The translations under genes and the position numbers were made by a program. From Thermodesulfobacteriota bacterium (GTDB lineage: Bacteria > Desulfobacterota > Desulfobacteria > Desulfobacterales > B30-G6): a DNA stretch of 64,000 nt. Of the stretch, positions 57,262-64,000 are shown in pieces. The stretch spans positions 19,318 through 83,317 of the forward strand of contig JBDLJD010000001.1 of NCBI GenBank assembly GCA_039714495.1, read 5' to 3'. The notes under the pieces were generated by a model that saw only the letters and a list, made by a program, of their open reading frames with translations, had not been told where the DNA came from and ran no database searches. The stretch's first letter is position 1. Each line of letters opens with the position of its first letter.

Positions 57262-57363
57262 TATACCGGTTGTCAAAATACCGTTTCGCAAAATGGGCGT
57301 GTCTCGACAAGAAAAGTCTATGCAGAGAGATCAAGGTTCCATGAGATGATGACAACCGTTATT
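57262..57363 (-). promoter_or_regulatory. 5' leader with paired TGACAA-N4-TAT motif (upstream of the ABM gene)
   Basis: tataccggttgtca (57262-57275) and atgacaaccgttatt (57349-57363). Same 9-mer core, orientation and ~82-nt spacing as upstream of the DAC-like gene. Confidence 0.5.
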
Positions 57364-57537
57364 ATATGGATTTATTGGAAAATATCACCCATTCGTACGG
57401 TACGGTCAGGAACAATACCAATATTGTTGTGTCAGTATAATTCAATGATGGTTTCGAAATAGTATTGAGACCCATTTAAAAAAAGACTTCACGCCTTGGG
57501 ATCAGGCCTCTTTAGCACCAGCTTGGATGAGAAACCA

Positions 57538-58665
57538 TCATACCATGAAGGACCATAAAATACCAGCGCAGATGGCCGAGCCGATGACACCGGATGAGTT
57601 GCAGGCCATGGCGTGCATCAGGAGATAGTTGCCGGGATCTTCCTGCTGGCCTACCAGGTGAACCTCCCGGGCCGAGCCTGGAACGGCAGATACCCCGGCG
57701 GCACCCAGCAGGGGATTGATCTTGTTTTTGGAGAAAAGGTTGAGGAGCTTGGCAAAAAGCACACCGGACGCTGTGGCAATGCTGAAGGCAACGGCACCCA
57801 GAGCAAATATAAGAACTGACTTGGGGGTAAGGAATACGTCACCCTGGGTGCTGGCGCCCACGGTGAAGCCAAGGAAAATCGTCGCCGTATCGATAATGGC
57901 CGAGCTGGCGGTTTTGGCCAGGCGGTCAACAACCCCTGAAACCCGCATGAGGTTACCAAAAAAGAAGGTTCCCAAAAGCGGAATGGATGCGGGCGCCAGA
58001 AAACAACAGAGGATAACGCCGATAACCGGGAAGAGCAGCAGTTCCTTTCTGGATACCGTTCGATCAGTGTCCGGCATCCTGATCCGGCGTTCCTCTTTTG
58101 TGGTCAGCAGCCGCATGATCGGCGGCTGGATGATGGGAATAAGCGCCATGTAGGAATAGGCGGCAATGGCAATGGGCCCGATCAGGTGCGGCGCCAGCTT
58201 GGCGGTTAAAAATATGGATGTCGGGCCGTCTGCGCCGCCAATGATGGCGATGGATGCGGCTTCTTTGGGCATGAAACCCAATGCCAAAGCGCTTAACAAG
58301 GTGAAATAAATGCCCAATTGGGCGGCAGCTCCCAGCAGCATCAGTTTGGGTCTTTGAAGCAGTGATGAAAAATCCGTCATGGCCCCGAGTCCCAGAAAAA
58401 CAATGGATGGGTAGAGACCGGAGGTGACACCGAAATAGAGGTAGTGCAGCACGGAGTTGGATTCATAGATGCCGAGACCAAATCCCTTGAAAAAGGGAAC
58501 ATTGCCCACAATGACCCCAAAACCGATGGGCAGCAGCAAAAGGGGTTCATATTGTTTGGCGATGGCCAGGTACACAAAGGTACAGCCGACGCAGAGCATG
58601 ATGATATGCCGATAATCGGCAAGGTAATATCCGGTATTGGTAAGAAATTGAAATAAGAGTTCCAT
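57538..58665 (-). CDS. Na+-translocating decarboxylase beta subunit (OadB/GcdB/MmdB family)
   Basis: 375-aa polytopic membrane protein with GLGAMTDFSSLL, LLGAAAQLGIY and IIGGADGPT. Confidence 0.9.
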   Translation of the reverse strand: MELLFQFLTNTGYYLADYRHIIMLCVGCTFVYLAIAKQYEPLLLLPIGFGVIVGNVPFFKGFGLGIYESNSVLHYLYFGVTSGLYPSIVFLGLGAMTDFSSLLQRPKLMLLGAAAQLGIYFTLLSALALGFMPKEAASIAIIGGADGPTSIFLTAKLAPHLIGPIAIAAYSYMALIPIIQPPIMRLLTTKEERRIRMPDTDRTVSRKELLLFPVIGVILCCFLAPASIPLLGTFFFGNLMRVSGVVDRLAKTASSAIIDTATIFLGFTVGASTQGDVFLTPKSVLIFALGAVAFSIATASGVLFAKLLNLFSKNKINPLLGAAGVSAVPGSAREVHLVGQQEDPGNYLLMHAMACNSSGVIGSAICAGILWSFMV

Positions 58666-58748
58666 GATTGCAGCACTTTCTATTTTATGAAGCGTGTTAA
58701 GAGGGCAATATTTTTCAGGGACCGGGTTGGGTCAATGGGATTCCGGCC

Positions 58749-59153
58749 CTATTTATTCCAGGAGAACATGCCTTCGTCAGCCGGTACCAGAAAACCTTCT
58801 TCCTTAAGCGTGCGTATGGTCAGGTGCGGATGGGGGAAGTCGCATTCCTGGAATACGGTAAAGAGATCCTGAAGGGTGAAGGCATTGCCCAGCCCTGCGG
58901 TTTCATCGCAGTAGTAGGAAAAGCTGTCCTCCAAGTTGGACAGGTCGTGATCCACCGCCGCCGCCGGCTTTGGTTCCGGGGTTGACGGCACATCGATGCT
59001 GCCGGGCTTTTTTCTGTTTTCCATTAAGTCCAATACTTTGTGGAGTTTTGAGATAATGAAAGACAGGAGAGACAAGCCGCTCATGACAATAATTGCACCG
59101 GCTAGCGCCATGGCCCAGCCGTTATGGGCATTGATCGCCTGAATGCCGTACAT
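58749..59153 (-). CDS. OadG-like decarboxylase gamma subunit with extra C-terminal domain
   Basis: N-terminal single TM (GWAMALAGAIIVMSGLSLLSFIISKL), a Pro/Ala linker, then an ~60-aa unknown C-terminal region. Immediately upstream of the beta subunit. Confidence 0.6.
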   Translation of the reverse strand: MYGIQAINAHNGWAMALAGAIIVMSGLSLLSFIISKLHKVLDLMENRKKPGSIDVPSTPEPKPAAAVDHDLSNLEDSFSYYCDETAGLGNAFTLQDLFTVFQECDFPHPHLTIRTLKEEGFLVPADEGMFSWNK

Positions 59154-59459
59154 GTTTCACCTCCTGAAAATGATCATTTTAACAAACTTTTGAAAGATCA
59201 CATGGCACGCTGAATGTCAACCCAAACAATCTTCAATCTCCTCTGAGGCTAATTCTATTCAGATGGCTGGATAAAGACCTTAGAGATTCTAAAATTTAGA
59301 ATGCGCAGTACCGGACACGAAGAGATTTGATCAGGGATTAATCCAGATGTTGACTTGCAGGACCGGACTGTCGTATTAGTTCAGCTCAATCCAATCTGAA
59401 TAGAAAGCTGACCATTTAATAACAGTAAACCGAATCAAAATTAGGAAGGGGAAAAGAAG

Positions 59460-60614
59460 ATGAGATTTGTTTTCAGGATATTAGCTGTTTGCCTGTGTGT
59501 ACTGCTGATCGGCGGTGTTGCCTCAGCTGCGGAGAAAAAACTCAAAGCCGGTTTTATCTACGTCGGTCCGGTGGGGGATTTGGGCTGGTCGCATGCCCAT
59601 GATGTGGGCAGGAAGTTTGCCGAGTCTAAACTGCCCTGGCTGGAGAGTGTGTTTATCGAGTCAATTCCCGAGGCAGATTCGGCCCGGATTATCGATCGTT
59701 ATATTCAGGAAGAAAAGTGCGATGTGGTGTTTACCGCCAGTTTTGGCTATATGGACGACACCATCAAGGCGGGTATGAAATATCCGGACAAGCATTTTAT
59801 GCACTGTTCCGGGTTCAAGCAGTCCAAAAACGTGGGCACCTACTTTGCCGACCTTTACCAGATGTACTATTTGAACGGACTGATGGCCGGCGCCCTGACC
59901 AAAAGCAACAAAATTGGCTACGTCGGGGCCTTTCCGATTCCGGAAGTCGTACGCCATATCGATGCATTCGCCTTGGGTGCCAAGGCCGCCAACCCGGATG
60001 TCAAGGTGCACGTGCGCTGGATCTATGCCTGGGTTGGCCCGGACAAGGCCAAAGAGGCGGCCGAGGCGCTGATTGCGGAGGGCTGTGACAATCTGGCGTT
60101 TACCGAAGACACGCCGGCCGTGATTGAAGTGGGCCAGGAGCATACGGAAAAGGGCAAGCAAATTTATACATACGCACACTACAGCCCCATGCAGAAGTAC
60201 GGCGTTGATTCGGTTGTTTCCGGCCAGCTGGTGGACTGGGGGGTCATGTATGTCAAAATCCTGCAAAGCCTCTATGACGGCACATGGACCAAGGATGACC
60301 TCTGGTGGCTGGCAGCTGACGGTGCGGCTATTCTGGGCGGTGATTTTGACAACATCATCAACCCCAAGTTTGTGGGCGATCTGAAGGCTGTCAAGATCAA
60401 GACACCTGATCTTGGTGACATTTCTGCCTACGACCTGGTGGTCAAGCGCTATGAGCAGATGAAAAAGGGATCTGATGTTTTCGAACCATTTACCGGACCG
60501 ATCCACGACAACACCGGTGCTCTCAAGGTAAAAAAAGACGTCAAAGCTTCCAAGGGCGAACTGTTGAGCATTATGTACTATGTGGATAATGTCGTGGGCT
60601 CCATCCCCAAATAA
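59460..60614 (+). CDS. BMP-family (PnrA/Med-like) ABC transporter substrate-binding protein, probable nucleoside/purine binding
   Basis: Signal peptide, then KAGFIYVGPVGDLGWSHAHD. 384 aa. Followed by a two-domain ATPase and two permeases. Confidence 0.85.
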   Translation: MRFVFRILAVCLCVLLIGGVASAAEKKLKAGFIYVGPVGDLGWSHAHDVGRKFAESKLPWLESVFIESIPEADSARIIDRYIQEEKCDVVFTASFGYMDDTIKAGMKYPDKHFMHCSGFKQSKNVGTYFADLYQMYYLNGLMAGALTKSNKIGYVGAFPIPEVVRHIDAFALGAKAANPDVKVHVRWIYAWVGPDKAKEAAEALIAEGCDNLAFTEDTPAVIEVGQEHTEKGKQIYTYAHYSPMQKYGVDSVVSGQLVDWGVMYVKILQSLYDGTWTKDDLWWLAADGAAILGGDFDNIINPKFVGDLKAVKIKTPDLGDISAYDLVVKRYEQMKKGSDVFEPFTGPIHDNTGALKVKKDVKASKGELLSIMYYVDNVVGSIPK

Positions 60615-60658
60615 TTTTCTTTTTAATCTTGTGAAATGCACCAATTCATAAATATAAG

Positions 60659-60690
60659 CGGGGAGCAGACTGGGTCGGCTCCCCGTTTTT
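60659..60690 (+). terminator. intrinsic terminator or attenuator after the SBP gene
   Basis: cggggagc-N11-gctccccg followed by TTTTT. Confidence 0.8.
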
Positions 60691-60765
60691 ACATTATAGT
60701 TGTTTTAGTCGATAGAGAATGGAGCTCCAGGGGTAACCCCGTGATCTTCTGCCAAGGCTGATAAA

Positions 60766-60792
60766 CTTTGTGTCCTTTGTGTCTTTGTGGTT
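60766..60792 (-). repeat. CACAAAG array, inverted copy
   Basis: The reverse complement aaccacaaagacacaaaggacacaaag matches aaccacaaaggcacaaaggatacaaag at 23538-23564 in 25 of 27 positions. Confidence 0.75.
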
Positions 60793-60840
60793 CAGGCATG
60801 TCTACCTCAGGCGGTTTCATCAGGGTTGGGGCATGAGATA

Positions 60841-62367
60841 ATGGTTAAAAAAATCGAAAAACTCGAAATGCGGGGCATCTCCAAGTCGTTTCACGGGATT
60901 CCTGCCAATCAAGAGATTGATCTGACGATTTCATCTGGTGAAATTCTGGGCCTTTTGGGTGAAAACGGGGCCGGCAAGACCACATTGATGAACATCCTTT
61001 ACGGCCTGTACCAGCCCGAGGCCGGCGAGATCAGGATAAACGGGGAAAGGGTCCGCATCTCGTCGCCTTTGGAATCCATCAACCTGGGGATTGGCATGGT
61101 CCACCAGCATTTCATGCTCGTGGACAATCACACGGCTGCGGAAAATATTGCCCTCGGCTACAAGCAAGCGCCCTTCCTTTTTCCCCAGAAGAAAATCAAG
61201 GATGATATTGTCGCGCTTTCGAAAAAATTCAATCTTGAAATCGACCCCTTAAAAAAGATCTGGCAGCTTTCCGCAGGTGAGCAGCAGCGGGTGGAGATCA
61301 TCAAGACCCTGTTCAATGGTGCCGACCTGCTTATTTTGGATGAACCCACCTCCGTTCTGACCCCCCAGGAAGCCCAGGATCTTTTTCGCGTTTTGAAAGA
61401 CATGAAAGCGGCCGGGCACCTCATTATCCTGATCAGCCACAAGCTGGATGAGATCATGGACCTCTGCGACCGGGTGACCGTACTGCAGAAGGGGCGCATC
61501 GTGGGGCATGCGCAAACTGCGGATGTCGATAAAAGCACGTTGGCCAGAATGATGGTCGGCCGTGATGTCATTTTCGATATCCAGCGCGAAAAGATGCCCC
61601 CCAGCAGACAAGTGCTGCGCGTTTCCAATGTGACGGTGAACAGCGACAAAGGGTTTCCGGCGGTCAAGGGCGTGTCCTTTGATATTCACAGGAACGAAAT
61701 ATTCGGTATCGCGGGTGTTTCCGGTAATGGTCAGCGGGAACTGGTGGAATCCATCACCGGCCTGAGGAAGCTGGTATCCGGCAAAATAACGGTCAACGGA
61801 AAGGACATATCCAACCAGTCACCCCGCAAGATCTACAACAGCGGCGTTTCCCACGTGCCCGAAGAGCGCATTAAATTCGGTATCGCCCCGGGCCTTTATC
61901 TATATGAGAACGCCATTCTCAAGCAACACCACCTGAAGGAATACTCGCGGAACTCCATGTTGGCGTACGGGAACATCAAGTCACATGCCAGGAGCCTGGT
62001 GGATGCGTTTCAGGTTCTGGCGCCGTCAATCAATGTTCAGACCAAGGATCTTTCCGGCGGGAATATACAGAAACTGATCCTGGGCCGTGAAATCAGCCAT
62101 GAACCAGACCTTCTGGTGGCCTCCCACCCCACCTATGGCTTGGATGTGGGGGCTACGGAGTATCTGCGCAAGCAGCTGCTCAAACAGCGCAAGGCCGGCG
62201 GTGCCGTGCTGCTGGTTTCCGAAGACCTGGAAGAAATTTTTGAGCTCTGCGATCGCATTGCCGTCATCTTTCAGGGGGAGTTCATGGGGATATTGAACAG
62301 TGACGATCCACAAGTTTCCGACATCGGCCTGATGATGGCCGGATCACTGAAACTGCCGGCCGCCTGA
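60841..62367 (+). CDS. ABC transporter ATP-binding protein, duplicated ATPase (sugar/nucleoside CUT2 type)
   Basis: Start MVKKIEKLEMRGISKSF at 60841. Walker A GENGAGKTT, signature LSAGEQQRVEI. The second half has a degenerate P-loop (GVSGNGQ) and LSGGNIQK. Confidence 0.9.
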   Translation: MVKKIEKLEMRGISKSFHGIPANQEIDLTISSGEILGLLGENGAGKTTLMNILYGLYQPEAGEIRINGERVRISSPLESINLGIGMVHQHFMLVDNHTAAENIALGYKQAPFLFPQKKIKDDIVALSKKFNLEIDPLKKIWQLSAGEQQRVEIIKTLFNGADLLILDEPTSVLTPQEAQDLFRVLKDMKAAGHLIILISHKLDEIMDLCDRVTVLQKGRIVGHAQTADVDKSTLARMMVGRDVIFDIQREKMPPSRQVLRVSNVTVNSDKGFPAVKGVSFDIHRNEIFGIAGVSGNGQRELVESITGLRKLVSGKITVNGKDISNQSPRKIYNSGVSHVPEERIKFGIAPGLYLYENAILKQHHLKEYSRNSMLAYGNIKSHARSLVDAFQVLAPSINVQTKDLSGGNIQKLILGREISHEPDLLVASHPTYGLDVGATEYLRKQLLKQRKAGGAVLLVSEDLEEIFELCDRIAVIFQGEFMGILNSDDPQVSDIGLMMAGSLKLPAA

Positions 62368-62453
62368 ATGTAAATAAGCGGCGACCTGTCTCGGTGTAGC
62401 TCGAAGAGCGAAGACGGAAGCCGTGTAGAATAAAAAGCGTGTAGCAATTTTAT

Positions 62454-63521
62454 ATGAAAATAAGAATTACCGACAGGGCAAAAATTACCCCCAGGGATCA
62501 GGTGCTGGCGCTTGTGTTTTCGATCATGGCCGGGTTGTTTGTTATCGGGCTGATCTTCCTGGCCTTTGGCGTCAATCCGGTGTTTGCCATCACAAAAATA
62601 TTCGCGGGTTCGTTCGGCAGTTTGTACGGTTTCAAGGAAACCATCACCAAGGCCATCCCCCTGATTTTAATCGGTGTGGGGCTGACCATTGCCTTCAGGG
62701 CCAAATTCTGGAACATCGGGGCCGAGAGCCAGCTTTTAATGGGGGCCATCTTCGGCACCTGGGTGGGACTGAACTGGGGACCGCATCTTCCCGCACCCGT
62801 GATCATTCCCCTCATGTTTCTGGCGGGATTCATCGGCGGCGCCATCTGGGGGCTGATACCGGCCTTTTTCAAAGTCAAGTTCGCTATCAACGAGGTCATC
62901 TCGACCCTGATGATGAACTATATCTGTGCCGAGTTTTTGACGTTTCTGATCGTGGGCCCCTGGAAGGGAAAGACCAAGTTCGGCTTCCCCTATACCGACG
63001 ACCTGCCTGAATCGGCGATTCTGGGATTGATTTCCGGTTCGCGGATTCATTATGTCACCCTGATTTTGGCCGTTTTGACGGTGGTCATTCTGGGCATGAT
63101 TGTTTACAAAACCCGATTCGGCTACGAAGTCCGGGTTATCGGTGAAAACCCCGAGGCAGCCCGATATGCGGGCATCGATTTCTTCAGAACCACGCTGATC
63201 ATCATGGCCATCAGCGGCGGTGTGGCCGGGTTGGCCGGTGTCGGCGAGGTGGCCGGGATCCATCATTACTTGAGCTATCCGGCCTCCATCTCTTCGGGTT
63301 ACGGCTTCACAGCCATCATTGTGGCCTGGCTGGCCAAGCTCAACCCGTTCTTTGTCATTGTGTCCGGCATATTCTTTGCCGGCATTCTGGTGGGTGGGGA
63401 TGCCATTCAGATCTCCCTGGGCCTGCCCGCGGCCACGGTGGAAATATTCAACGGAACCCTACTGGTGTTTTTGATTATGGGAGACTATTTTCTGAAACAC
63501 AAAATCAGCATAGAAAGATAA
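62454..63521 (+). CDS. ABC transporter permease (BMP/CUT2 system)
   Basis: 355-aa polytopic protein: KAIPLILIGVGLTIAFRAKFWNIGAESQ. Confidence 0.85.
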   Translation: MKIRITDRAKITPRDQVLALVFSIMAGLFVIGLIFLAFGVNPVFAITKIFAGSFGSLYGFKETITKAIPLILIGVGLTIAFRAKFWNIGAESQLLMGAIFGTWVGLNWGPHLPAPVIIPLMFLAGFIGGAIWGLIPAFFKVKFAINEVISTLMMNYICAEFLTFLIVGPWKGKTKFGFPYTDDLPESAILGLISGSRIHYVTLILAVLTVVILGMIVYKTRFGYEVRVIGENPEAARYAGIDFFRTTLIIMAISGGVAGLAGVGEVAGIHHYLSYPASISSGYGFTAIIVAWLAKLNPFFVIVSGIFFAGILVGGDAIQISLGLPAATVEIFNGTLLVFLIMGDYFLKHKISIER

Positions 63522-63524
63522 ATC

Positions 63525-64000
63525 ATGGAAGACATCATCGTTTCGGTTGCCCAGAGAACACTGATTGCAGGGACCCCGCTGTTGCTGGGAACCACCGGAG
63601 AGGTCATCTGCGAACGGTCCGGAATACTCAATCTCGGTGTGGAAGGGGTGATGGCTATCGGTGCGGTAGCGGCCTTTATCGTCACTTTTTACACCCAGAA
63701 CCCCTGGCTGGGGATCATGGCCGCAATTGCCGCCGGAATGATGATTTCGATCATCCATGCTTTTGCCTCGGTCAGTCTGCAATCCAACCAGGTGGTTTCG
63801 GGCCTGGCGTTGACCATGCTGGGGCTGGGTATATCCAGTTTGGCCGGCAAACCCTATGTTGGCAAAGCCCTGGATGAAAAAATGGGCACCCTGGCCATAC
63901 CGTTTCTTTCCGACATCCCCATTCTGGGAAGGATATTTTTCGATCAGACCCCGTTTTTCTACATGGCGATTGTACTGGCGCTGGCTGCCTGGTTTATACT
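63525..64000 (+). CDS. ABC transporter permease 2, N-terminal part (runs off right window edge)
   Basis: Hand translation: MEDIIVSVAQRTLIAGTPLLLGTTGEVICERSGILNLGVEGVMAIGAVAAF. No stop before nt 64000, and the ORF is not in the track. Confidence 0.8.
   Translation, partial: MEDIIVSVAQRTLIAGTPLLLGTTGEVICERSGILNLGVEGVMAIGAVAAFIVTFYTQNPWLGIMAAIAAGMMISIIHAFASVSLQSNQVVSGLALTMLGLGISSLAGKPYVGKALDEKMGTLAIPFLSDIPILGRIFFDQTPFFYMAIVLALAAWFI

Noticed and set aside
59661-60644. 327-aa minus-strand ORF
   Set aside because: It is antisense to the BMP-family substrate-binding protein gene, which has a signal peptide, an RBS and operon context. No motif was found. This is a shadow ORF.

Overview
This 64-kb window looks like core chromosome of an anaerobic, probably Desulfobacterota-like bacterium. 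That taxonomic guess is a low-confidence inference from gene content: B12-radical SAM enzymes, a sigma54/psp module, Na+-decarboxylase subunits and CACGAAA-type intergenic palindromes. About 58 protein genes are called, almost all housekeeping. They include kbl-tdh, aspartate kinase, two ABC importers, ilvE, pspF/pspABC and dnaN-gyrB. They also include asnS, an HtrA protease, rng, and the rpmH-rnpA-yidD-yidC-jag-mnmE cluster. I found no rRNA, tRNA, CRISPR array, transposase, integrase or prophage gene.

The leads worth a second look are:
- A seven-gene orphan acyl-lipid operon (1772-8415) with its own ACP and ketosynthase, two acyltransferases, a GT2, a thioesterase and a DhaL-DegV fusion. A convergent B12-radical SAM gene abuts it.
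- A 1123-aa EndoQ-like PHP nuclease fused to a UvrD helicase. Two A11 tracts sit in the interdomain linker. The gene lies in a low-GC block, bounded by terminators, that also holds dnaN-gyrB without dnaA or recF.
- A 477-aa protein with a degenerate diadenylate-cyclase-like domain. Its 5' leader shares a repeated TGACAA-N4-TATA motif architecture with a nearby ABM-monooxygenase gene.
- A FabH-like condensing enzyme with a large insertion, divergent from an archaeal-type thymidylate-synthase-like gene.
- An Lrp-family regulator broken by a 1-nt homopolymer frameshift.

There are also several short repeat and hairpin families. All functional calls rest on motifs read by eye. No database search was run.
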